Source: Callorhinchus milii
Lineage: Eukaryota
Assembly (NCBI RefSeq): GCF_018977255.1
Contig: NW_024704743.1
Coordinates: 42,472,001-42,536,000 of the forward strand
Reading direction: 5' to 3'
DNA length: 64,000 bases
The notes beneath the pieces were generated by a model. That model ran no database searches. It was given only the letters and a program-made list of their open reading frames with translations, and was not told the DNA's origin. Made by a program: the position numbers and the translations under genes. Positions 26,258-39,020 of the stretch are shown here, piece by piece. Numbering within the stretch: the stretch's first letter is position 1; the number at the start of each line of letters is the position of its first letter.

Positions 26258-27379
26258 CAGATCACAGATAGACTGGCATTGTAATATAGCTACATAATCA
26301 TGAGAGATTTTGATGAAGGTGGTCCTTCAACCTTTTTGTTGAAACCATGAATTCCAGATTCAATTTGTTTTTTTTCCTCACAGTTGAAGGCTCAGTGCTT
26401 ACTCACATCCGTCAGTTGAAGCAGGCTCTTCTTTCCTCTTTAATTGTAACTGAAAGTACATTCGGTTGGAATTTATAACGTTTTCTTTGACTTTGGAGCT
26501 TGATTAAATCTCAATTAGACCAACATCAGATGTACAGGTTTTGTGATATTTTATGGTGCTGTTTTCAGTTCACACAAGGTAGTTCAGTATTAGAGAGCAT
26601 CTTGCTACTGTAATGCATTTCTGACATCTGTCATTTAATCTGCTGCATTAGTTTATGATTGAAATGGTTTTGTGTTTTGATTTTTGTTGGAGATATGCAG
26701 GTGCGAAGTTATAGTCATTTAATTTCTGCACTTATATTTTCCTGTGAGTGATGTAATGTATCATGCCTCACAGTGTTTCAGTGTTCACACTGAGCTACTT
26801 CCTTTATAATGATCTTCTTCAGGCATTTCAGGATGTTTGTAAGATTCCCCCTTTGGAATTTGTCAATCCCATAATACACTGTAAGGTCTTGGTTTGGGCC
26901 TTTGATGATGGAAAATACATTTTTCAATTGAATTTTTAAAATCTTGGTTAGGGCATAACAATAGTCTTCCATTCATGGCCTCTGGATGTTTTTTTCCTTG
27001 ATAGGAGCAGATTCTTCAAGTAGTTGCAAGTGTACTGTGATAAAACAGATGCAGACACAATGGGGTCAAACTATGGTATTCCTTCTGTGGACTGTCTAAA
27101 CAGAGACTCTTCTTGGTAACTGGAGGTGTGTCATTTGGACCTGCCGTGGAGTTAGATTATTAGCGGGTTGGAATTCCCGCGTGCCAATGTAATGCAGTTC
27201 TGGCTGCACTTATCATTTGCAGATTGATTTTGTAGGGAATCTGGTTAGAAAACACTGCCTCTCAAATCTGTATCTACTTTGAAAGTTCAATCATGAAAAA
27301 GAACTGGATGCATCTCATTAAAAATAATACAAATACCCAAAAGATGATCTAATCATCTCATTTCTTAACCTCTGCCTCC

Positions 27380-27765
27380 AGAAAATGTGAGGTAACCCAT
27401 ATAGTTTATGCTGACACTCCAATACGGTCCTGGGGGTGAGTTGCAATGTTGGAGGTGGCCAACCTTCGGATGAGACATTAAACTAAGATCCCACCTGCCT
27501 GACTGGAAGGTAAAGATCCCATGGCACTATTTGAAAAGAGAAAGGGAGTTTCTCCCTGTGTCCTGCCAAATAATCCCTCAAAACATAGAGAAATTGGTTA
27601 TTCAATCATTGTCTGCTGATGGGACTTTGCTCTGTGCAAATTGGCTGCCACTTTCATCCCGAAGGAAGTACACACATGCACATCACTTTACACTGTATCC
27701 TGGGAAACGCTTTGCGGCGTTTTGACACCAACATAAGGAGCTATAACAAAATGCAATTTTTTTTA
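27380..27765 (+). mobile_element. Older Deu-domain-type SINE
   Basis: gctgacactcc...ccttcggatgagacattaaac...gatcccatggcactatttgaaaagag...aaattggctgcc. Confidence 0.75.
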
Positions 27766-29889
27766 TTATCACATTCAGAAATATGCACATCTGGTAATTT
27801 TACAAAACAATTTGGATCAAAACAATGAAAGCAGAGACACTGAAAGTTATAGCAAGAGAAGTGAATGTATAAGATGCAGTCTGAATGGTTCAAGAAAAGG
27901 AACAGGAGGGTTCTGGAGAGGGGAACTGATGCTTCAAGGCAATCTTAACATGAGTACAAAGCTGAATTGTGGAAATTGTTTAGTTCTATCCTTGGCTCTG
28001 TATATTTGGATGAGATGGACATGGTGACATGAAAATAATACAAAATAGGAGTACAACGGAGCAGTTACCTTGACAGATTCATAACAATTCAACAAGAGAA
28101 AAAAGACCTTTTAGAAAGGCATTGGAAAAATAGTATTCATTGCTAAGCCTGATGGGCGTCAGTCCAAATTCAGTCCAAACAATAAGTGCTATGCAACATT
28201 CTCCTTTCCTTTTCATCCCTTTGTGAAATTCAAGGATACTTCAGTTCAAAAGGAATGACAAGCACTTTACATGAATCAGATGCTATCTGTTTTTAAGATC
28301 TGAATAAAAATTGCAATGTAGCATTCAAACCTGTGGACAAAAACTGAATGACTCCAAACAAGAATTTTGTGTGACAATTTATATACTCCTATTTTGCTAC
28401 TGATAATTTACAACAAGAAATACTGTCATTTCATGATAGAAAGTTGAACAAGGAAGCACAGCGCAAATATGCAATGACAAATCCTGACTGAAAATCAGAA
28501 ATCAACACTCCATAGAATATTTTTAACACACTTTAGCAAAGTGACAGCATTGATAAATAAACAGTACAAATAATGTAGTACTGTAGTAAAGAAATACATC
28601 TGAAAGTTTTAATTAAATGATTGTATAATAATTTAGCTTATCACTTTGACAAATACTAAATTTAAAGATTATTATAATGAAAACAATGCAGTAAATAAAG
28701 GTGAATTTTAAATAAATAGAATAAATAAAAAAATGGAATTGGTTGCATATGCATTTTTGGCTCACAGAATTTTACATTTTAAGGACTGTTTGTGGAACAC
28801 GACTTGCGCAATTGGCTGCCACGTTTCTCCCACAAAATACACAGTCAATTCACAATGCAAATTGGCTGCTGCATTTGCATAGAAATAGACGGATACCTCA
28901 CTTTCCTGAAGACTCTTTGAAGTGTTTTAAAACATTGGGAGGTTATGAGGCATGATATCAAATCCTAGCTTTATGCTTTTTGTGAACTGGGATTAGGGAG
29001 CAGTAGCAGTTTCCTGAAATAGATGACATTGAGGGAAGTGCTCAGGTTAGGTTATTTTATTGTCTCAGCCAGGTGTCTGCCACATGCAGAAACCCATCAC
29101 CATGCTGAAGAGTATCTGAACCAAACTGAGAATTCCATGCAACCCACCTATACATGGAAATTTCAGAGATAGTTTGTTGGAATGGTATGCTCACTCTCTC
29201 ACTGGAGGGAACATCTTGCTTACTTTATTCTGTAAAGTATTAAGCACAGGTTGGCAAGACCGAAGGCTTGGGGACCCCAGAGTGTGCAGTGATGTACTGA
29301 TAGATTATAACCAGCTGAAACCACATAGCTTACCTTTGATATTGCTATCCGGCAAACTTCCCCACTGCGTGTCCAGCTAGGACCATCCTACCCATTAGGG
29401 CTTTGGCTTGCAGTGTTAACAGTAACTCGTCTACCCTTCCAGGTACTACCACTGAGCCAGGCTGGCTGTGCTGTCATCAGCAGTGCCCTGGAGTACTGTG
29501 GACACACCTGGCTCGGGAACCAAAAGACCGAGACTACCACAGAGGGCTGACTCGATTCAAGATCAGCATCCCACTTACCTTCCCCATGGACGATAGTCAC
29601 ACAGAATGATACAAGCGACTGCTATATTGAATTATTCAAGGACAAGTCCACATTCCAACCAGCTAAAGCCACTGATCTGTTTACAATAATCTTTTGCTTC
29701 TTTCATAAACAGACATGCTTATGCTCACACTAGAGAAAAGATCTTTTGAATTCTTAAGCAGAATTCCAGTACAATACTATAATACATTTAGCACAGTAAC
29801 ATACTCTAAAACAAGAGGTTAGAGACTTGAGATTATAAGAGAGAAGATGAACAGAATGTTTGAATTGAATTAATTTAATTAATTAATTT

Positions 29890-30153
29890 CCTGTTTGCCT
29901 AGCAGTAAGTAGGAACTTGGTTGTTAACTGATTGACAGATTGCTTTCTGCGGGGTAATAATCCCTTAAAAAAAATAATAATTTGGCCATTCAATCCACAA
30001 CTATTTGTAGGACACTGTTGTGTGCAATTGGCTGGCATGTTTCACTCCCAAAATACACAGTCACTACACTTTACAGTATATTCTGTGCAACTATTTAAGA
30101 CGTCTTGAAGACACGATAAGGCGCTATATCAAATGCAAGGATTATTATTATTA
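29890..30153 (+). mobile_element. SINE of the older long subfamily, head missing
   Basis: Central segment ctgtttgcctagcagtaagtagg followed by the shared 3' half and (tta)n. Confidence 0.82.
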
Positions 30154-33100
30154 TACTATAATTACTTTACATAGCAAGCAGTCAATTTGGCAGAACTGAT
30201 GGACCCGGTGGCAGCACATTGCGTCATCAAATTCAAGAGGAAAATAAATCAATTTATTTCAAGGGAAATTATTTGGCAAATAAATCAAATGATTGGAATG
30301 GAAGGTACAAAAATATATTTTGTACACTTTTCTTTTCTTTGGAACTGTCCAAAAGGATTACGATGGTCGTTCCCACCATTGTACATCACCATGTACAACC
30401 CCATCCCATGTTCACACTCCAGTTTATTTTAGTAAGAGAAGGTGGAACAGTGCAATACGAACATGGGGGAGAGGGTCAAATCCAAAACAGTAGGTACTGA
30501 AGGTATTTTTGCAACACTCATTGTGTCATGAATTTTCATTTCTGTCTGGCTTATGTCTATCAAATGCCCTTTGTAGTTCCTTTCTTGGTTACTACTAATT
30601 TTAACTACACCTGGTTTGCTCCTTCCAAGCATATTCTACGGCATGACCGGTTCACATAAGTGTGATCAATTAAGTTCAAACTAAATTGGGCCGACAATGG
30701 GAAATCACTCTTCAGGCTCCAAGAAATAAGGATAGAAATATCCCCCCATTTCCTTATGCAATTAAAAAATAAGCTTTTAATTCCACTGACTATCCAGCAC
30801 CTTGAGATGTCCTCCTGATGTGAAAGGCGCTATACAAATGTAATTAAAACTAAACAAACACTATGTTTATTTGCATACACAAAGACTTTAAAAGTTATAA
30901 GTAGAAGAATCAATACAGTAGGGAAAAAAAGCAAAGTTTTACCAACAAATGGATTTGTTTTGCAAAATGGTACATTTTTTCTTCGAGGTACAGGACACAA
31001 ACAAAGAAGAAATCAGGTTTTCTCTCTCCCTCTCTATTTCTCTTTTTACAACCTCTTCTCAGATCTCCCTCTTTGGCCCAGAGCCTCAAGAGTTAAATCA
31101 TTTCTGAGGTCTGCGCACACCTTGACAAAGGCCTTAACAAACCATTTAATGAAATTCAGGTTGGAGCTTCAAAGAATTTAGTCAATTTTAGATGTGAAAG
31201 AACTTATTGATGTCTTCGGTACAATATCCTTGACATTCCTAACTCTCAGCATGTTTACAGTTGAGCAAAAACATTTAGAAACAATTTTCTTTCCAACACT
31301 TAATGGCTTGACAGCACTCGATTTACAAGAATTTTTCCATTTTGCACGACATAGAATCAATACTGTTAAGATGCCAAAACGTTGATTGTTTTCTCTTTTT
31401 TATTGTAAATTCTATTTTTATTGTAAATTTTATTGTAAATTTGCCCACAAAATACAGGCAATCCACTCACAAGTATATTCTGTGAAGCGCTTTGAGACAT
31501 CTGAATAATAAGGATAAGGCGCTATATCAAATGCAAGGATTATTATAATTATTTGAAGAAGCTTTTCCTGCAGTGAAATGGCCTGCCTGTGACACTACAA
31601 GCCTTTTTTTATAGAAATGAAAAACAGCTTTGATGGCAATCTCTTTGGTATAGGTAAATAACTGATCGGCAAAGGAGAGTTACATGTGACTAATGTTCTT
31701 TGGAATTTTTCTGTGGCTAACAGTACTGTACCTATATGGGGAAAGCCAATTTCGAAACAACCATACTTTTCATGGCCAAAAAGCATTAATAATTTATGAA
31801 ATAGAAACGCTGCGACAGAATCCCCTTGCCCCATTACTTCAGCGCACACTAAAGATTGTGGACAGTCATCTACTTAACAATATTGTAGCTCTATAGACAT
31901 AAGTTCACATCCTTTTACTTTTCATGTCAAGACAGCATTAACAATCCAAAGCATGGCAGTGAAGCCCTGTGCAGATGGCACATTGGTGAGTCAGCCAAAT
32001 TTTCTTGTGGTTGATATTAAATAGTTGTTAGATCTTCTAGTCTCCTGTGGGTGCTAGTTCTATGATCTTAGATTCTTTTAATACCAAATCCATAATCTGT
32101 TTCTACAAACAGCACGGGGAAAGGTTGGGCTGTTTGGAGTATAGCAGATGGATTGGGTGTACCCTGTGGTCATTAACATTTTAACAGAGCATATGGGGGA
32201 CTTCATTTTAATGTTACAAGAACTGGGAATCGTGATAGCAGATATCAATGAAGTCAACTAATATTTAGCAGCTCAGATGTGTCAGGCTCAAGATTAACAC
32301 TGAAGCCAGACAACTTCAAAATTCTCCTAGACAATATAGAAATAGACGGTAAAGTGCAACATGATGTGATAATTATTATCAGTGATAATTTTCACATCAC
32401 CAGTCACATTTTTCGCCTTGAAAACAACTTGCATTTATATTGCACCATTCACGCAGTGAGTGTCTTGGAGCACTTAACAATAGCGAACCTGACGCTGAAC
32501 CGGGGAGAAAGGGGAGATGACCATAGGTATGGTCGAAGAGGAAGGTCTTCAACTGTGATCTGAAGACAGGCAAGTAGGTGGAAAATAAAGGGTTTGAGGC
32601 AGGGAATTCCAATTTTATGTCTCCAGCCTATCAGCCCCATAATTGGTGGTTGGGTTTTGAGCTAATCTAGCTCCGTTCTTTGAAACACCATCCCGGAATC
32701 CCTCCAACTCACTCCCTTCCTCATCTAATTCAAAGACCATCTCAAGACTTGGCTCTTTGACCTTAGCTCTTTCCCTTCCTCATTCCCCTTGGCTCCCACC
32801 TCCAGTTTGAGTACCCGGTCAGCAGTAATCAGCCCTTTGAGATTTCCTTGTGAAAGACGTGGCTTGTTTTGGTCAGCCATGTCTGACACGAGCAGAAATC
32901 CATTCCATGCTTAAGAGTATTCAAACTAAACTGAGATGTATCCCACCTATATGTGGAAATTCTAAAGATGTCTATTGGAATGGAATGCGTATCCTGCTTA
33001 CCTAATCCTGGAGAGTATTAGTTGCAGATTGGCAAGAGATTGTGTGTTGGGGTGCTCCTGAAATCTAACCAGCTAAAACTGCATAACTTGCCATTGAAAG

Positions 33101-33156
33101 CACTGCCTGGCAAGCTTTTCCGCTGCTTATTCAGCCAGTGACTGGTCTGCCCTTCC

Positions 33157-33510
33157 AACAACAACAACAAATGACATTTGTATAGCACCTTTCACGTTGG
33201 GAGGACATCATATGGCGTTGGATGGTCAGAGATTTGGACCCGAGCTGGGGTTTGGGATCAGGGGTGGTAGTGGGCAGGGAGGGTGGGGGTAGGAGGGTGG
33301 CCGAAGGCATGGTCGAAGAGAAGGTCTTGAGGAGTGCCTTGAGAGAGGTAAAGGAGGGAGCAAGGCAAATAGACTGTGGAATGATGTTCCAAAGTGTGGG
33401 GGCAGAGACTGAAGGCCCGATCGCTGATAGTAGGGGGGGCAGGACGGGGGACATGGAGCAGGCAGAGCCTGCTGAGCAGACAGGTTGATAATGGGGACAG
33501 CAGGTCACAG
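33157..33510 (-). mobile_element. L2-type LINE 3' end
   Basis: ORF 33131..33541 reads SAPTLWNIIPQSICLAPSFTSLKALLKT; (gtt)n tail. Confidence 0.85.
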
Positions 33511-33699
33511 AGTTAGAGAACACATTCCAGATAAAATTCAAGAAAAGATGCTAAAAATGAAAATTGTCCATATAAATGTAAATTGTTTTGTATTATCGCA
33601 TTATTTTTAAAATTACTGCAATTAAAATTATTGAATTGGAGCGTGGAACTTTAACAGCATCACTTTTAATATGTGGTATTGGGGATCAAAAATGCAATA

Positions 33700-33960
33700 T
33701 TCACAAACCATATTACGAGTCGCTGAACCATGATAAGGTGTTTTATCTTGTATTGAATAATAGAACCGGAGAACACGACCTGCGTTTGAAGGGAAGTAAA
33801 TTCATAACAAATCTGCTGTAGCACTGCTTCAGGGAGCAAGTTGTAAACGTATGGAACAGGTTCAATATATAGTTTAGGACACGACATGTCATGCGACTGC
33901 CAGGATAGTAGAAGGCAAACTGGATGGACCTTGGTCTTCTTTCGCCTAACAAATTCTTGT
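33700..33960 (+). mobile_element. Degenerate CR1 3' end
   Basis: RTGEHDLRLKGSKF...RVVNVWNR-like remnants and a ctggatggacc...gtcttctttc tail. Confidence 0.65.
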
Positions 33961-35470
33961 ATTTAAACTAGGACTTCCAGTTTGCAAGTTTGTGGTGGGA
34001 TTCAGTAATTCAGTTAGAAAAGCTGACAAGCAAAATGCAATTGCTTAATACCAACCTTCTTTCAGACTTTATAGGTTTGGTATACACAATTCATTAATCT
34101 CGCAATCGGACATTTGCAAAATGTAAGCCTGGAATTTGGTTTATGCATATCGGAGTTTCAGCATCTTAGCGAGGAAAAAGATGCTCTTTGGTTACTAACA
34201 GCAATGACTTTCAAAGCAAAATGTCTTCATCTGGATTATGTGTAAATCTTGTTTGTTTGAAATGCCAAATATGTCAGATTGTTTTAATATGTGTCTGAAG
34301 TTGCGCTTGCAACTCATGTAAGAATGAAAATGGAGCCACCTTGAACTGTTAGCATGCACAGTTAATTGCTGGATTACCATATTCAGAGTCAACGGGTCTC
34401 ACCCAGTGTTCATACTCAGCATTTATCAGTTTTAAGACAAAACCTTCTCCACTCTGCACCCTGTACATACTGGCTTAGATCTCCAAATTTCAAACCTAAC
34501 TAAGGCGTAGATACACAATTATCAAATGTCACTAATCATAAAACAAAGAAATAAGATGGGTTTATGTACATTTCTAGGCCACTGATGAGCCGTATCCAGC
34601 TCTTTTCCAGCGTAGTTTGTTTCTTTCTCTTCTTCTATATTTACCCTTTTCCTTTTTAAAAAAAAATCCCTGCAATTTACACCAAAAGCTATCATGTGCA
34701 TAACATTTTAGCAAGTTAGTTTCCTTATTGGGTCATATCTTTGAGATCTGTCAAAAACTGGGACAACATGAGACATTTCACAGGAAACCTTATTAAAAGC
34801 AGCTTGTGTAGGACTGGTGTGTGCTTGGGGCATGTTCATCGTACTGTTTGAAATCCTTTGAGAGAAGGCATAAGGTTGGTGTATAAGTCCTAAATTTTTG
34901 ACAAGATTGTCGATTAATATCAGAAACTTGCCCAACAAAACTTGAATAAACTAATGTCAACATTCACAGATCTGAAAGATAGGAGGACATTTGTGTATTT
35001 GAAGAAAGGATCTGGATAGCTTGTTGAAGATATCAAATGTGTGTAAGGTCTGATAGGTCTTACAGCACTAATCCAGTCTGATATAAGTCCATTTCAATGT
35101 AACATGCTTCCCATTCACATTGGGTAGGATGTTAGATAAACATGCAACATAAACAATACTAAATAAGGTCTCAGTATGAAAATGTTTCATAATTATCCTC
35201 AACACACATAATATATTTAATTGACTGTCGAGTTTCACCTGGAGGTACACCACAGCATCTTCAAAGTCTTATGTTATGTTAAGCGTGCCACAAGTTTTCG
35301 TGAAGCCTTTCCTGTTGTGACTGTTCAAGTTATTGACTGAATGGGATTTGATGCCAAGATTTACAAAATGTGTCTTATTTTTCCTTCAGTTTATAGAAAT
35401 CTTCAGCAGACGAGGAGACTGTGATGCAAAAAAGATTGTTTTCCTCTTCTGGTCAATAAAAACGAGGTAC

Positions 35471-35476
35471 TTTATT
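35471..35476 (-). terminator. Candidate DROSHA polyadenylation signal
   Basis: tttatt on + reads AATAAA on -, about 1.13 kb past the stop codon; usage is inferred. Confidence 0.5.
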
Positions 35477-35550
35477 GGTTTGACAATAGCAAGACATTAC
35501 AGAGCAAGAGTGTAGAAGCAATACCCAAAATGTCTTGCAGAAAGTAGACA

Positions 35551-36280
35551 CAGGGCAACCCTGTCATAAGGCGGCCTCATAAGATGGGTTCACTTATAAG
35601 CGGGTGTCCTGTGAACCCACATAATCAGCACAAAAATTGGCTGACTACCCAGTGCTAAAAATGGCCAACTTCCAGGCTGTCAGGCTGCTGGCATCACTTC
35701 CGGCACCCAATGATACGGAAGTTGGCTATTTTTAGTGCAGGACACTGGCACGGATCAAACAGGAAGTGACATTAGAAGTAACCTAATGTCACTTCCCAGA
35801 TGGTTTCATCTTGGTTTTAGGCTTGTCATGATTAAGAGACAGTAACTCCTGTAGCTCAGTGGTCAGAGCACTCACCTCGCAAGAGAGAGACCGGAGTTCT
35901 TTTCCTGGCAGGGCTAAATGTTGGGTAAGTTACCTCACTCCACACGCCTGTTTACCTAGCAATAAGTTAGTGGATTGGCTAATCGTTTTTCCGGGGATAA
36001 TAATCCTTCAAAGAAAACCAACAATAATTTGGTCACTCAATCCATGACTGTTTTTGGGATACTGCCGTGCACAATTGCTGCCGCGTTTCACCCACAAATA
36101 TACATTCAATTCACATTACAGCATATTCTGTGAAGCGCTTTGAGACGTCTAGAAGATGTAAAAAGCACTATATCAAATGGAAGGATTATTATTATTTTAA
36201 CCCATGGCACTTTTAGTGCCATGAAAACGTGGGGCATGAAAGATTGGACCCAGCAAGCGCATTATAACAGGGTTGCACTA
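35551..36280. mobile_element. Tc1/mariner (pogo/Tigger-like) MITE in the probable DROSHA 3'UTR, interrupted by a SINE
   Basis: 23-bp TIRs at 35551-35573 and 36258-36280 (19/23 match), TA on the right flank, CA on the left; several internal hairpins. Confidence 0.7.
35846..36195 (+). mobile_element. Near full-length SINE of the older long subfamily, antisense within the DROSHA 3'UTR
   Basis: A box, family body, extra central segment tgtttacctagcaataag...ccgggg, (tta)n tail. Confidence 0.92.
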
Positions 36281-36605
36281 TAACAAAATTAAAACCACAC
36301 AATTAGAAATCACGACACTGAAATGAAAGAATTAAAAACACAACTTTAAAAAAAAATCAAGCCCACTCAGAGAATATTTAAATAACATGAAACAAATAGC
36401 AATGTCTCCAATGCAAAGCCTCTTCTGCAAGAGTGTGTTTCATACCTCATTACAAAGAGTGGGTACTGTATCCCATTCTTGGTATACTTGTTTCATGGCT
36501 CCTCGTTCACTTTCACATTAAAAATAGGTTAAGTCCCCAAAGGCCAACGTGGCTAGAATTGCAGTTTTTAAGAAGGTAAATATGCCACAGTTTTCATGTA
36601 CTCGT

Positions 36606-36736
36606 TTATTTTCTGCTCTCCTCAGTCTCATCGGGATCCTTCTCCTGTCGTTCTCTTTCCCGCCTCATTTCTCTCAACTCCTGTCTGTATTTCCGTTCAA
36701 TGAAGCGCTTCTGATGAGCCATCTGGGGAAAGTTAT
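36606..36736 (-). CDS. DROSHA: DROSHA last coding exon, stop TAA at 36608-36606
   Basis: YNFPQMAHQKRFIERKYRQELREMRRERERQEKDPDETEESRK*; taccag acceptor. Confidence 0.96.
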
Positions 36737-38566
36737 CTGGTACAAGGCAAAAATATTTTATTAATGAACTACACCCCATGGTGCTTCAAAAAGAAAGTTA
36801 CACTGGAATTTTAAAAAAGAACAAAAACGCAGCTAGATATCCAAAAGGTAAAACAAAAATTAGGGCAATCTTTTTGTGCTCAAGATTGCTTTATACTGTC
36901 GGGAGATCAATGGATGCCGTATTGACAATTTAACAAAAATTGAGCAACAGCTGGACAGTTTTTTTGGGGGAAAGACTTTTGTGACAAGGTTACATATGAA
37001 GAGATAACATATCCCTCCCACCCCGCTCCTATATTTCAAATGTATTTCAAGACTCAATTTTAAACGTTTTAATGAGTAATATACATTGCAACTGTTGAGG
37101 AATAACAGCTTGCCTTTATATTGCACAACCAATGTAAAGGGATATCTCTAAATTGCTTGGCAAACATAGTGGTCAACATTCAGCAGGGATATGAAAGGAT
37201 TAAACATGGTAATTAGAGGCTCAGTCAAAGAGATACATTCTAGGAAGAATGTCAAAGGCAGGGGAGAGGTAACAAGAACAAGGGGTTTGGAAGAGACTTC
37301 TAGAAGACAGGTGGATTCATGATGGCTAAAGGCTTGACCACCAACAGGAAAATAACAACAACTTGCAGTTATACAGTGCCCTTCAAGCAGAATAGTGTCT
37401 CGGAAACAAAAGGGAACAGAGAGTGAGCGTAGACCAGAGTTGCAAGAATAACTCTGGAGAAGATTACATAGGTGAGGTGGAGGAATTGGAAGATCAGGAC
37501 AAGGTTCTTAAATCAGTCCGCTGAAGTACTGGGAGTCGAAGAGGAATTTGGTGAGGTGTTCAAGGATTAATTTTGTTTGTGTAATGTGCACTGAGCATTA
37601 CTCCACACTTTTCCTGTGTTAAGGTGAACCAATAAATCAGCAGCAGCAAAGGATAAACATGCAGCTGTATTTATATGCACACGGGGGATGCGGGGGTTGG
37701 GGGGGGGGCACCTATGAAAGAATTAAAGCTACGAGTGATCACAACTGCAGCACACAGGTCTGTTTTCACAGGTCTAGACTGCATTAATCGATTGCTTTCA
37801 GTCATCTTTCCACCCACATCGCCCTTGCCCCCCACTTCGTTCGGATGCAAGCCCTGGACTGTCCAACACTTTTGGATGTGATTCGGATGTGAAAGGCACT
37901 ACACATATATGTGTAAATTTGTATTGTACATCAAGATTCATACATCTTCAGGTAAAAAAAAACTTCTCTTTTTTAAATTAATTAGAAAAGCATTACAAAA
38001 TCAGACATAGCCTTCTGTGCTGGTTCAGTGTGAGCAGTATAAAACATCAATACTGTAACATATTATTAAAACGCTTTCATTCATCAAAATAAAAAAGAAC
38101 AAGAACACTTCCAGCTTTCTGAAGCCTAATCCTATAACTTACATATTTTAGTCACTTCAAAGTTTCAACCAAATGAATTAATTTTGGTTTGTCCATACAT
38201 CTTCAGAATTACTGAGAGTGGCGCACACATGTGCAATAGAAGGTTTTTTATCATGTTATCTCACAGCTGGAGAGATGAAACCTAATTAAAATGCCACAGT
38301 GTCTGTATGTATTGCTCAAGGTGAAGAATGAATAGGATTAAAGCAGAATAATAGATCACATTTCAGTTTCGAGATGTTTACCAATCTCTGAAAGTGATAC
38401 CACAACAGCAGCCACCTGCTGTTCTCTCGAGTATTGCTCTCAAATCCCAGTGTTTTTGGAGGGCCAATTATGAATAGGTTAGACAGACCACATAGACAGA
38501 CCACAGAGAGTGCCTCTCTTCAAGAAAAATCTCAAAATGAAACATTTTACAGCAGCAAAAGGCTAC

Positions 38567-38599
<33 letters not shown>

Positions 38600-38904
38600 C
38601 CTTGCATTTGATATAGCGCTTTTCACGTCGGGAGGACGTCCCAAAGCGCTTCACAGAACACACTGTAAAGTGAATTGACTGTATATTTGTGGGCGAACGC
38701 GGCAGCCAATTGCGCACAGCAATGTCCCACAAACAGTCGTAGATTGAAAATGACCAATTTAATTATTGTTTTTAGTTTTGGAGGGATTATTATTAGGCGT
38801 GTGGAGTAAGGAAACTTGCCCAAGGTTTCGCCCTGCCTGGAATTGAACTCAGGTCTCTCACTTGCAAAGCGAGTGCTCTAACCACTGAGCTACAGGACTC
38901 CACA
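38567..38904 (-). mobile_element. Young full-length tRNA-Ala-derived SINE in the last DROSHA intron
   Basis: Intact A/B boxes and long (tta)n tail; near identical to 47183-47517. Confidence 0.96.
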
Positions 38905-39020
38905 ATTCCAGCAGGGAAGAGAATAATCACACTTGGAGTTAGAGACAGTGCGAGAAAAGTCACCCTCTTCTGATGACGTGGACATCCTTTACAGTGAGCA
39001 TTTATAGGAATAAATAGGAA

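Noticed and set aside
34725..34900. Faint GH-SLRS...ISQETLLKAAC similarity to a DIRS tyrosine recombinase
   Set aside because: Needs two frameshifts and a stop over a short span; indistinguishable from chance without a translated HMM search
15300..35400. Additional gene between CDH6 and DROSHA (e.g. ORFs 26778..26972, 31194..31385)
   Set aside because: No recognisable domains or consistent exon chain; a lncRNA cannot be excluded from sequence alone
38547..38823. Recurrent ORFs such as MWDIAVRNWLPRSPTNIQSIHFTVCSVKRF and [12 protein letters not shown]
   Set aside because: Chance translations of the SINE in several frames, not a gene family
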